64,000 bases of DNA from a virus. Its lineage: Duplodnaviria > Caudoviricetes. Shown here piece by piece: positions 47,840 to 57,166 of the stretch (position 1 is its first letter; the number at the start of each line of letters is the position of its first letter). The translations under genes and the position numbers were made by a program. The stretch is taken from the IMG/VR virus record IMGVR_UViG_3300031853_000001, positions 1 to 64,000 of that record, one strand, 5' to 3'. Below the pieces are notes generated by a model. It was given only the letters and a program-made list of their open reading frames with translations. It was not told where the DNA came from and did not search any database.

Positions 47840-47961
47840 TCGGCCTTTTATATTTATGTTAATTAAAATACCCGGAATTTCTAAATAACGAACAATTAAC
47901 TTGCTTTTTCTTAGTTCCTATGCTATAATATACTTACAAAAAGGAAAGCGAGGTCAATCTT

Positions 47962-48210
47962 ATGAAGTATTTCATGGTAATGTGCCACCGTGGGCATTGT
48001 GGAACAGGTCACAGCACTGAAATTAAGTTTGCAATTCGCGCGGATAATCTTTTAGAAGCTTGTGATAAAGCACGGAAAATGCCGAGCGTTAAACATACAA
48101 GATTGGCAATTTACGGAAAAGAAATAACCGAACAAGAATATCATGAATACAGACAAATAAGCGCTTATCAAAGATTTAATCAAACAAGCACAAAAAGAAA
48201 ATGGCATTAA
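47962..48210 (+). CDS. Basic hypothetical protein, 82 aa (HRGHCG motif)
   Basis: Promoter, RBS, terminator. Confidence 0.8.
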   Translation: MKYFMVMCHRGHCGTGHSTEIKFAIRADNLLEACDKARKMPSVKHTRLAIYGKEITEQEYHEYRQISAYQRFNQTSTKRKWH

Positions 48211-48335
48211 GCCATTTTCTTATTTTAATTATATGTAAATTAAACTATCCGGATATTCTATTTTACCAATAGTTAACTTGACAATTATCTTTCTATGTAT
48301 TATAATATATACAGAAATTGAGAGGAGGCAACCCC

Positions 48336-48554
48336 ATGAAACAGATTAACAAAGTGCAGGCCCGTAAACTCTACGAACAAAAAAAGCCGTTCATCATTGT
48401 ACCCGCGAATATGCGCCCTGATTCGCAATTCGCTGTCCACATGAAACCCGGTTGGATGTTTCGCAATTTTAACAACTTTTACAACGAATTTTGCTACTAT
48501 AATTGTAATAACCGCGAGGTCGGCCGCTACCCGCGCTTTTACGTGGAGGAATAA
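48336..48554 (+). CDS. Hypothetical protein, 72 aa
   Basis: GAGGAGG RBS before ATG 48336. Confidence 0.8.
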   Translation: MKQINKVQARKLYEQKKPFIIVPANMRPDSQFAVHMKPGWMFRNFNNFYNEFCYYNCNNREVGRYPRFYVEE

Positions 48555-48713
48555 TCCTCCACTTTTTTATTAAGTATATGTAAATTAGAATATACGGACA
48601 TTCTAATATACGTAATTTTAACATAGAAAAACTATTGACAAATCAATTTTTTGTGGTATAATAAAATAAAAAACGGTTCAACGACAACGACAACATGAAA
48701 GGAGATTTTCACA

Positions 48714-49004
48714 ATGAGGTTTTTTGAGATTCAGATTCGCCACGTTTTGGTCTATGGTTACATCTACAACAACGGCATGTTTGAAATTAACATGTGGGAT
48801 TTTGATGCCGACGACTATTGGTTCAGGGACGGACGTAAAAAGAACGTTAAGGCCGCGTGGTGTATGATTTACCACATGACGCGCGACATGGACAGGTTTA
48901 ACCACATCTTTGATGAAGATGGAGTTAAGGAAGTTAAGGAAGCTATGGAGCTTTTCTTTGACGAAGACTTGGAAATGTTAAATTTTGATGAAGACTGGGA
49001 ATAG
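48714..49004 (+). CDS. Hypothetical protein with acidic C-terminus, 96 aa
   Basis: AAGGAG RBS, promoter, terminator. Confidence 0.8.
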   Translation: MRFFEIQIRHVLVYGYIYNNGMFEINMWDFDADDYWFRDGRKKNVKAAWCMIYHMTRDMDRFNHIFDEDGVKEVKEAMELFFDEDLEMLNFDEDWE

Positions 49005-49384
49005 GCCACGGCCTATTCTTTTTTTAAGCGTATGTAAATTAGAATACCCGGACAATCTAATTTACTCAAATTTAACTTGACTTCTATCGCGTTATATGTT
49101 AAGATAGTATAGAGTAGGTAAGGGAGGTGAGTGTTATGATTCAGTTAAGGAGCGATTAAAGTATGGTTAAGCGCGTATTAAAATCGTGTAAAGTGGCCTG
49201 TGTATCAGGTCTATTAAGCGTGCGTAAAATCTATGTAAGCTTGAGTCCCATGGCTGAAGTTTATTTAACATACTCTTTAATTCCAGCTGGAAGCTGGAAG
49301 CTGGAGCTGGAATTAACATACTTTTAACTTGACATGAAGCTGGGAAGCTGGTATAATATAATCAAAAGAAAGGAGCTGTGAGCT

Positions 49385-49636
49385 GTGAAGAAGCTGAACA
49401 TTGTATACGAAATGAAGTTTACTTGTGATGAATGGTTAATTGAGCATATTAACCATGAATGGGAATATGCTCTGGATGAAACAGAAGGAACGGAAACAGA
49501 AGAAGAAATTTTTGAAATTGCTCTCTCTTACGCTCTGGAAGAGAATTATGCTCTTAGTTATAATGAACGTGAAGCAATTTTTTCTCAATCGCATGAAATT
49601 TATAAATGGTGGAAGGAGAACAAAGAAAATGAATGA
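49385..49636 (+). CDS. Glu-rich hypothetical protein, 83 aa
   Basis: AAGGAG RBS with GTG start; promoter at 49329. Confidence 0.75.
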   Translation: MKKLNIVYEMKFTCDEWLIEHINHEWEYALDETEGTETEEEIFEIALSYALEENYALSYNEREAIFSQSHEIYKWWKENKENE

Positions 49637-49787
49637 AGTTATTGAAACACTTTTCCGCGTGCAAGATTCATTGCTTTCTATCAATAATGATATTGAAGAA
49701 CAATTTTCTGACTATTCAAAAACATGTTTGCGTTGTGCATTAGAGGATATTCAAGCAATTTTAGAAGAAGCATCTAACGCGGTTTAA
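49629..49787 (+). CDS. Hypothetical protein, 52 aa
   Basis: Overlaps the upstream stop; AAGGAG RBS; terminator. Confidence 0.7.
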   Translation: MNEVIETLFRVQDSLLSINNDIEEQFSDYSKTCLRCALEDIQAILEEASNAV

Positions 49788-49911
49788 CCGCGTTTTTTTT
49801 ATAATTGTGTTAAATAAAATGCACGGTAATTGTATTTTACATACTTTTAACTTGACTTATCCTCTAAAATTTGATATACTATATTCAGAAAAGGAAAGGG
49901 GATATAAAAGA

Positions 49912-50352
49912 ATGAAAATTTGGTTTGACATGGACGGCACGATTGCGAATCTTTATGGTGTTAATGGTTGGCTTTCCGCGCTTAATGCCTATGACCCTTC
50001 ACCTTATGAGATTGCTAAACCTCTTGTTAATCTTTCCAGACTTGCGCGGTATCTTAATCGATTGCAAGCAATGGGACATGAAATCGGCATTATTTCATGG
50101 CTTTCCAAGTATTCAACCCCAGAATATGACAAACTTGTGACAGATGCTAAAAAGTATTGGCTTTCTTATCATATGCCAAGCGTCAAATGGGATGAAGTCA
50201 TAATTACTTCATATGGGATTAACAAATGGGAAACATGCGGCGCGGGAATTTTGTTTGATGATGAAGAAAAAAACCGCGATGCATGGGGCAATACAGCATA
50301 TGAGCCTAACGAAATTTTTAACGTTCTTATAGAAATGGTTAAGGCGGGCTAA
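49912..50352 (+). CDS. HAD-superfamily phosphatase (5'(3')-deoxyribonucleotidase-like), 146 aa
   Basis: FDMDGT motif I, IIS motif II, K motif III, ILFDD motif IV. Confidence 0.8.
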   Translation: MKIWFDMDGTIANLYGVNGWLSALNAYDPSPYEIAKPLVNLSRLARYLNRLQAMGHEIGIISWLSKYSTPEYDKLVTDAKKYWLSYHMPSVKWDEVIITSYGINKWETCGAGILFDDEEKNRDAWGNTAYEPNEIFNVLIEMVKAG

Positions 50353-50478
50353 CCGCCTTTTCTTTTTTTGAAATTATGTTAATTAAAATTCCCGGGTATT
50401 CAAATTAACAAAAAATTTACTTGACTTTTTATAGAAATTATGGTATTATATTTATAGAAAGTGAAGGGAGAAAGTCAA

Positions 50479-50601
50479 ATGAAAGTTACTTACACAATGA
50501 ATATAAAACTTAGTCCGTGGCTTGTAATTTTTGCTCCATTTGTCGCTTTTTTCTTTGTGTGTTGGGTTAATATAAAATTTCTTTACAAAAACTTAACTTG
50601 A
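50479..50601 (+). CDS. Small membrane peptide, 40 aa
   Basis: Promoter at 50421, GGAG RBS, one hydrophobic segment. Confidence 0.6.
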   Translation: MKVTYTMNIKLSPWLVIFAPFVAFFFVCWVNIKFLYKNLT

Positions 50602-50674
50602 CTTTCCCTCCCAAATCTGCTATAATAATTCCAGAAAGTGAAGGAAAACACTAAACCAGAAAGGACTAACACCT

Positions 50675-51076
50675 ATGAGTAAGGCATCTCTTGAAACCGA
50701 AATCCGCAACAACGTCCTCCAGACCATCATCGACGCGGTGAATCCCATTAGCGACATTCTCCCGATTAGTGCCAGCGAACTCGCCCTCCCCATTGTGGAT
50801 AGTGAGGGCAACGAAAAGTTCGCCGTTATCAAGGTGAGTATTCCTCGCGGTGAGCGCGACGGTAACGGCGGTTATATCCCCTTTGATGGCTACGCCGCCG
50901 CCGAAGATTGGAAACTTGTGCTTGCCGAGCGCGCAGATAAGGCGGCAAAGCGTAAGGAAAAGGCAGAGCGTGCCGAAAAGGAAAAGGAACGCAAGCGCGC
51001 GGCGCGCAAGGTTGTAAAAGACCTTAACACTGTAGGATTTAAGGCGCTTGTATCCCAGCCGATTGAGGGTGAGTAA
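50675..51076 (+). CDS. Hypothetical protein with K/A/E/R-rich helical tail (family B), 133 aa
   Basis: Biased codons; resembles 56688-57023 and 60539-60862. Confidence 0.85.
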   Translation: MSKASLETEIRNNVLQTIIDAVNPISDILPISASELALPIVDSEGNEKFAVIKVSIPRGERDGNGGYIPFDGYAAAEDWKLVLAERADKAAKRKEKAERAEKEKERKRAARKVVKDLNTVGFKALVSQPIEGE

Positions 51077-51200
51077 TCACCCTCTTTTTTAATTATATGT
51101 AAATTATACTAACCGGATACTTTATTTTACTCAATCTTAACTTGACTTCTGCGTATGAATAGTGTATAATATACGCAGAAAGACAGAAAGGAAGAACATT

Positions 51201-51356
51201 ATGCTGATTTTTAGTATTATTCTTTTTGTTTGGGGTTTTCTTGGTATTTGCGGATTGATAAATTGTAAAAAAGAAAGAATAATTTGGGAGCTTTTAATTT
51301 TTGGGATTACCATACCTTTTCTGCCAGTTATTGCCAAACTTTGTGGTTTAATATAA
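51201..51356 (+). CDS. Small two-helix membrane protein, 51 aa
   Basis: Promoter, RBS, two hydrophobic segments. Confidence 0.7.
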   Translation: MLIFSIILFVWGFLGICGLINCKKERIIWELLIFGITIPFLPVIAKLCGLI

Positions 51357-51422
51357 TCTTAACTTGACTTCTACGTGTAGATGGTATATACTATATATAG
51401 AAAATGAAGGGAGATTATAAAT

Positions 51423-51608
51423 ATGAAAGACGTCCGCAAAATTGCTATCAATTCTAATATTACAAAAGAATTTGTAGACAAACTATTTGCATCTAAAATT
51501 GATTATGATATTGAACGTTATAATGCCCTTCTTTTTATTACTTTCCATTGTAAAAATAACCAAGAAGCAACTTTTATCAATAAACTTTATAAGTTAATAA
51601 AACCTTAA
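51423..51608 (+). CDS. Hypothetical protein, 61 aa
   Basis: Promoter at 51364; GGAG RBS. Confidence 0.75.
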   Translation: MKDVRKIAINSNITKEFVDKLFASKIDYDIERYNALLFITFHCKNNQEATFINKLYKLIKP

Positions 51609-51664
51609 CTTGACTTCTTCTCTCCAATATGATATAATAATTTCAGAAAGTGAGGGGAAACGAA

Positions 51665-51805
51665 ATGGAAAAGAAAAACCAGAATCGTGAAACTTGGTGC
51701 GGCTATCGTCCTTCCGTGATGCCCACGAAAAAGAAAAATAAGAAGCACGAACGTAAAGAGGGCAAGCAGATTTGCCGCAACGCTATGAAAGGAGAGAAGG
51801 ATTGA
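51665..51805 (+). CDS. Small very basic protein, 46 aa (...RPSVMPTKKKNKKHERKEGK...)
   Basis: Promoter at 51610, RBS, coupled (TGATG) to the next gene. Confidence 0.7.
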   Translation: MEKKNQNRETWCGYRPSVMPTKKKNKKHERKEGKQICRNAMKGEKD

Positions 51806-51984
51806 TGTTTACCAACTATAGTTTTACAATAACTCAATTCCTTAATTATCTTGATCGATTCCATAAAGGATATTCCATTACCTTTTTATCTCAAGGAAGA
51901 ACTCGCGTTCTCTATAATGGTTGGTATTGGTACTTTAACAACAATGACATCTTTTGGTATAAAGTGCCTATGGAGGAAGTATAA
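51805..51984 (+). CDS. Hypothetical protein, 59 aa
   Basis: Translationally coupled on both sides. Confidence 0.7.
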   Translation: MFTNYSFTITQFLNYLDRFHKGYSITFLSQGRTRVLYNGWYWYFNNNDIFWYKVPMEEV

Positions 51985-52187
51985 TGCGTACTAATCTTGA
52001 AATCGCCGCCGAGCTTATCGCCGCGGATGTTCGTAATCTCAATAATATTGAGGAATATTGTGGCTATCCTGACTTTAATCGGCTTGACGCGATTGAGCGT
52101 GATAAACTCTCTAAAATGGTTGATGAACTTTTAATCATTCTCCATCGGCGGCAGGAACGTCAGCGGAGAGAATGGGAGAACAGTTAG
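51984..52187 (+). CDS. Hypothetical protein, 67 aa
   Basis: GGAGG RBS; terminator around the stop. Confidence 0.78.
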   Translation: MRTNLEIAAELIAADVRNLNNIEEYCGYPDFNRLDAIERDKLSKMVDELLIILHRRQERQRREWENS

Positions 52188-52440
52188 TTCTCCCAATTTC
52201 ATTTTAAATCAATGTAAACTAAAATACCCGTCAATTTCAATTTACAAACCTTTAACCTAACCGGGTATTGACATTTCATTTCAATTCTGATATAATAAAT
52301 ACAGTTGAGGGCGAGGAAAGAAAATCCTAAAACTGCCCAAAACTTCACAAAGAATTAACTTGACATTATAAGCACAACGTGCTATAATGAATATACAAAA
52401 AAGAGAAGGAAACTCTTAAAAACCAGAAAGGGTAATAATT

Positions 52441-52779
52441 ATGAAGAAGACCACCATCACCGCTCTGTATAACTACTTTGTGAAGAACGACGACACCATT
52501 GACCTGTCTGTTGTGGTTGAGGACATCCGCGCCGAGTATGAGAAGTCCGCTGCGAAGGTCAGCGCGAAGATGGACGCCTACGAGCAGGCAAAGCCCATTG
52601 TGTTCGCCGCAATTGCGGATGCTCCTCTGACTGTGAAGGACATCTTCACCGCTTGCGAGGACAAACTGCCCGAGGGCTTCACGCCCCACAAGATTCAGTA
52701 TGCTCTCCTGCATTACTGGATGGACGAGGTTGACAAGATTGACAATGGCAAGGGCCCTTTCACCTATAAGGTAAAGTGA
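52441..52779 (+). CDS. Putative winged-helix DNA-binding protein (family A), 112 aa
   Basis: LTVKDIF...PEGFTPHKIQYAL...EVDKIDNGKGPFTY; paralog of 53421 and 55784. Confidence 0.65.
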   Translation: MKKTTITALYNYFVKNDDTIDLSVVVEDIRAEYEKSAAKVSAKMDAYEQAKPIVFAAIADAPLTVKDIFTACEDKLPEGFTPHKIQYALLHYWMDEVDKIDNGKGPFTYKVK

Positions 52780-53062
52780 GCATAAGAAAATGGGCGAAAG
52801 CCCATTTTCTTTTAAGCTAATGTAAATTACACTGTCCGGGTTTTGTATTTTACTAACTCTTAACACGCAAAACTCTTGACTTTTTGTGGGAGTTCTGCTA
52901 TAATATATCTACAAGGTGAGGGAAACAAGAGCGCGCGGCAGATAGCAGCGTTGTGGTAAGACAAAACCAGTCACAATTGATCGGCCACCCAAATCCTTGT
53001 GACAAACTTTTAACTTGACATTATATCAAATCCATGGTATAATAAATACGTTGAAAGGACAT

Positions 53063-53138
53063 GGGAGTGTAGCTCAGTTGGAAGAGCACCAGACTTTTAA
53101 TCTGGGTGTCGCGGGTTCGATCCCCGCCACTCTCACCA
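53063..53138 (+). tRNA. tRNA-Lys (anticodon UUU) with encoded CCA
   Basis: Acceptor GGGAGTG/CACTCTC, D arm GCTC/GAGC, anticodon arm CCAGA-CTTTTAA-TCTGG, GGTTCGATCC T loop, ACCA end; own promoter at 53015. Confidence 0.95.
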
Positions 53139-53420
53139 CTTCACGAAATCTTAACTTGACAAGGTTGGGAAATCGTGATATAATAAGGATGTTGAAGGGC
53201 AGAGAAACAGGGGATAGCCGCTTCAACCACGCAGGCGCCGCGTGAGAACTCCCCGCAACTTACGACCACCTGTTCCCAAGCGCAAACGCAGGTGTTGTTA
53301 AGAGAAACGAAAAGGAATAACTCTTAACAAACTCTTAACTTGACATTATAGCCGATTGGTGCTATAATAAATACATCAAAGGGAAGGAAAACCCAACAAA
53401 CCAGAAAGGAACACAACACT

Positions 53421-53750
53421 ATGAAGAAGAACGTTTTTGAGATGGTTGTCGCTATGGTCAATGGCCGTGAGGTTGCCGATATGGATACTCTGCGCAATGA
53501 AATCAATGCCGAGTATGAGCGCATGAATGCCAAGCGGCAGGCTAATCAGGATGTTTACGCCACCGCGCATGATGTTCTGATGAATGCTCTGACGGATAAG
53601 GAACAGACATCCAAGGAACTGTTTGAGAGGAATGAGTGGCCCGATGGCTTCACGCAGGGCAAGCTCAATTACGCCCTGCGGGCTATGTGGGCGGACGAGG
53701 TTCGCAAGGTTGACAACGGCAAGAGCGCGAACACCTACACGCGTAAGTAA
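53421..53750 (+). CDS. Putative winged-helix DNA-binding protein (family A), 109 aa
   Basis: QTSKELF...PDGFTQGKLNYAL...EVRKVDNGKSANTY. Confidence 0.65.
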   Translation: MKKNVFEMVVAMVNGREVADMDTLRNEINAEYERMNAKRQANQDVYATAHDVLMNALTDKEQTSKELFERNEWPDGFTQGKLNYALRAMWADEVRKVDNGKSANTYTRK

Positions 53751-53892
53751 GAAAAGCCCTTCGGGGCTTTTCTTTTTTTATTAAGGATAAGTTAATTAAA
53801 ATGCCCGGTCAATTTAATTAATAATCATTTAACTTGACAAATAGTTTTATTAATGATATACTAAATATAACAAAAGAAAGGGGCTTACACTA

Positions 53893-54351
53893 ATGAATAA
53901 TGAAGTTATTAAAGCTATGCGGGGCAAGAGGGGCCACAAGATGCACAAGTGGTGGCGCAAGAATGGTTATAAGATTTGGCGTGTAATATTGTTTCCAATT
54001 TGGGCTTGCGTGAAAATGAAGGAAAAAATCTCCGAGTGGTTGGATAATCGACAGGCATGGGACGAAAAACGCGCGGATGAAATTCTCAATTACTACATTC
54101 CGCGTGTGTCTCACTGGCACGATGAAGAAAAATGTCTCTACTTCTTTGATAATGGTATGGGATGGAATTTGGCACTTGCTAAAAGGTATTTGAAGCGAAA
54201 AGACCGCCGCTTTTGGCAAATTCACACCGGCTTCTTCGGCGGGAAAATTCGGGAATATCTGATCGACAAATTCCAGCTTGAAGGCTTTACCAAAGAAGTC
54301 GGACCCTATGATGACTGGACTGAAATTACTTTTAATCTTAACAGAAATTAA
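53893..54351 (+). CDS. Hypothetical Trp-rich protein, 152 aa
   Basis: Promoter, RBS, terminator. Confidence 0.8.
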   Translation: MNNEVIKAMRGKRGHKMHKWWRKNGYKIWRVILFPIWACVKMKEKISEWLDNRQAWDEKRADEILNYYIPRVSHWHDEEKCLYFFDNGMGWNLALAKRYLKRKDRRFWQIHTGFFGGKIREYLIDKFQLEGFTKEVGPYDDWTEITFNLNRN

Positions 54352-54518
54352 AGTAGTGGTTCGCCGCTACTTTAATTTTATATTAATTTCATTTTCCGGG
54401 CAGTCTAATTTACGCATACTTAACATAAAAACCTATTGACAAAAACCCTAACCCCATGTTATAATATACCCACAAGGTGAAGGGAAACACCAGACAAACC
54501 AGAAAGGAACTTTGAACT

Positions 54519-55511
54519 ATGGCGAATAAAAAGATGTATTGCGTTGTTGACACCGAAACCGCAACCTTGCCTTATGCTGATGAAATTGCGCAGGGTGACC
54601 CCGAGCGCAAAAAGAAGATTGCGATTGCAAAGCCTCTTGTATATGACATTGGTTGGACTATCTGTGACCGTGCCGGAGTTATCCACGACCGCAAGCAGTT
54701 TTTGATTGCCGAAACTTTTTCAGTTCCTGCTGTGTTTAATACCGCCTATTATGCAGAAAAGCGCCCTATTTATCTTGAGATGTTGAAAAAGGGCGAAACC
54801 ACTATTAAACCTTGGAATGAAGTCATGGAAATTTTTATGGCTGACCTTGAAAAAGTTGATTCTGTCGGGGCTTTTAATGCTATGTTTGATTTTAAGAAAG
54901 CAATTCCCTTTACTGAATTGTATGTTAATATGCTCTATTCCCCCGATTATTTCAAGTGGGAAGAAATCCAGCGTAACTCTTGCCGTCGAATTGCTTTTGA
55001 AAAGCCTTCTAACGATAAGAATCCCGATTTTGATGCCGAACATTTTTTGTTCCGTGGTCGTCTGTATGACCTCTTTGATTTGTGGGGACTTGCAACCACT
55101 TATCTTTTGAATAATGTTACTTATAAGAATAACTGTTTAAAATATGGAATGCTGACTAATAGTGGCGTTTATTTTAAAACCAGTGCTGAAACCAGTTACC
55201 GCTATTTGTGCGATAAGTACGATTTTATGGAAAGTCATACCGCATTGGATGATGCAGAAATTGAATCCTATATTCTGCACAAGATTGCGCAAAAACATGC
55301 CGTGTCTAATGGAATTAAATATTTTCCTTTCCGTGAACTTGGTTATACTTATGACCATTGTATGCGGCGCAAAGTCCCTAACATTGAGGAATGCGAAACG
55401 GTTTTTAACGCTATGAAAACTTACGTTGATTCTAAAGATGAAGAATCCCGATATATTAAGGGATTGTTAAAGAAAATGGAAATGCTTTTGGAGTATATGG
55501 AAGGGCGCTAA
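54519..55511 (+). CDS. DEDDh-family 3'-5' exonuclease, 330 aa
   Basis: ExoI VVDTET, ExoII AFNAMFD, ExoIII HTALDD. Confidence 0.85.
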   Translation: MANKKMYCVVDTETATLPYADEIAQGDPERKKKIAIAKPLVYDIGWTICDRAGVIHDRKQFLIAETFSVPAVFNTAYYAEKRPIYLEMLKKGETTIKPWNEVMEIFMADLEKVDSVGAFNAMFDFKKAIPFTELYVNMLYSPDYFKWEEIQRNSCRRIAFEKPSNDKNPDFDAEHFLFRGRLYDLFDLWGLATTYLLNNVTYKNNCLKYGMLTNSGVYFKTSAETSYRYLCDKYDFMESHTALDDAEIESYILHKIAQKHAVSNGIKYFPFRELGYTYDHCMRRKVPNIEECETVFNAMKTYVDSKDEESRYIKGLLKKMEMLLEYMEGR

Positions 55512-55783
55512 GCCCTTTCTTTTTATTAAACCAACGTTAATTAAAAATCCCGGACAGTGTATTTTACTTACGTTTAACACAAAAAAGTATTGACAAAATA
55601 CGGAAATTCTGATATACTATTCTTGTCGAAAGGGGAAAGGGAAACCGCGTCGTGCGCGTCCCGTGGCGGCGGAATCCCTCCCAATCGCAACAAAATCTTA
55701 ACTTGACATTACATCACAAACGTGATATAATGAATACACAACAGAGGAAGGAAAACCTCAACAAAACCAGAAAGGGAAATACT

Positions 55784-56185
55784 ATGAAGAACACTCTGAC
55801 TCGCGTTGACGCTCTGAACTACGCTATTGCCGCCGTGACCAACTCCACCGAAGTGCTGACTAATCCCGATGAAATCGTGGACGTGCTGACCAAGATTCGC
55901 GACCAGATTGCGAAGCCCCGCAAGACCAGCGACGAAGCCAAGGCGAAGGCCAAGGACAAGCGTGCCAAGGCTCGCACCGCTCTGATGGAGCAGGTTCTGC
56001 CCATCATCCGCGAAGCCGTTGCTGATGGCGGTACCGCCAAGGAAATTTACGAGCGCTGTGCTAACGCTCTGCCCGAGGACTTCACCGTCGCCAAGGTACA
56101 GTATATTCTGCTCCATGAGATGGCGGGCGAGGTTGTAAAGACCGAAGCCAAGGGCAAGCCCAACGTCTACACGATGAAGGGTTAA
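55784..56185 (+). CDS. Putative winged-helix DNA-binding protein (family A), 133 aa
   Basis: Start MKNTLTR after RBS; GTAKEIY...PEDFTVAKVQYIL...EVVKTEAKGKPNVY. Confidence 0.65.
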   Translation: MKNTLTRVDALNYAIAAVTNSTEVLTNPDEIVDVLTKIRDQIAKPRKTSDEAKAKAKDKRAKARTALMEQVLPIIREAVADGGTAKEIYERCANALPEDFTVAKVQYILLHEMAGEVVKTEAKGKPNVYTMKG

Positions 56186-56325
56186 TAAAGAGGGCGAAAG
56201 CCCTCTTTTAATTTAATTAAATGTTAATTACAGTACCCGGCATTTTTAATTAACCAAATATTTACTTGACTTTATTCAATTTCTATGTTATAATATATAT
56301 AGAAAAAAGAAAGGGGATACCGATT

Positions 56326-56538
56326 ATGGCTATCAACATTCGTCACACCTACGCCACCCATGTCACTGTTGTTTTCTACGATGACGATGCAGGAATTTCT
56401 CTACGCTATGATGATTGTGGCTCTATGGACGACATTGCCGAGCAGGTATGTGAAGTTCTGGTTAAGCATAATTTTTCTTACGCGGATGTGTGCTCCGCTG
56501 AAACTGGTGAAGTCCTAATGACGATTGAACGAACTTAA
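56326..56538 (+). CDS. Acidic hypothetical protein, 70 aa
   Basis: RBS before MAINIRH; promoter at 56266. Confidence 0.78.
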   Translation: MAINIRHTYATHVTVVFYDDDAGISLRYDDCGSMDDIAEQVCEVLVKHNFSYADVCSAETGEVLMTIERT

Positions 56539-56687
56539 CGAGGTTAATACCTCGTTAACTATAGCATCCGGTCATTTTAATTTACTCACAATTAACAGAA
56601 AAAAGTATTGACAAAATCCCAAATTTCTGCTATACTATATACATCAAGTGAAGGAAAACACTTACAAACCAGAAAGGGAAAAACACT

Positions 56688-57023
56688 ATGAAGATTTCCA
56701 AGGCTATCGTCGATTCCAACATCCGCACCGCTATCTTTTCCGCTCTGAACGTCGCTAACATCGAAGGCTTCCACAAGATTAACGACCGTCAGTATGGTTG
56801 CATCGTCGAGGATGTAAACGGCGAACGCCGTTACGCTCGCGTCGGTGTTATCGTCGCAGAGCAGCGGGAGGATGTTACCGCGGACGAACTGATGGCGTCC
56901 GAAATCGCGGACTATGAGGACAAGCAGGCAAAGAAGGCCGAGCGTGCCGCCGCTCGTGCGGAAAAGGCCGCCAAGGATAGGGCGAAGCGTGAAGCCGCCA
57001 AGAAAGAAAAGGAAGGGGATTAA
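56688..57023 (+). CDS. Hypothetical protein with K/A/E/R-rich tail (family B), 111 aa
   Basis: Promoter, shared leader, stop in terminator loop. Confidence 0.85.
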   Translation: MKISKAIVDSNIRTAIFSALNVANIEGFHKINDRQYGCIVEDVNGERRYARVGVIVAEQREDVTADELMASEIADYEDKQAKKAERAAARAEKAAKDRAKREAAKKEKEGD

Positions 57024-57166
57024 CCCTTCCTTTTTAATTATATGTTAATTATATCGCCCGGCTATTTTTATTTACACTCTTTTAACTTGACAAATTTGCC
57101 TATATAGTATATACTATATACATGAAGTGAAGGAAAACACTTACAAACCAGAAAGGAAAAAGAAGA

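Noticed and set aside
49235-49270. A 40th copy of the palindromic site
   Set aside because: Too degenerate: no central CG and wrong spacing, so not counted.
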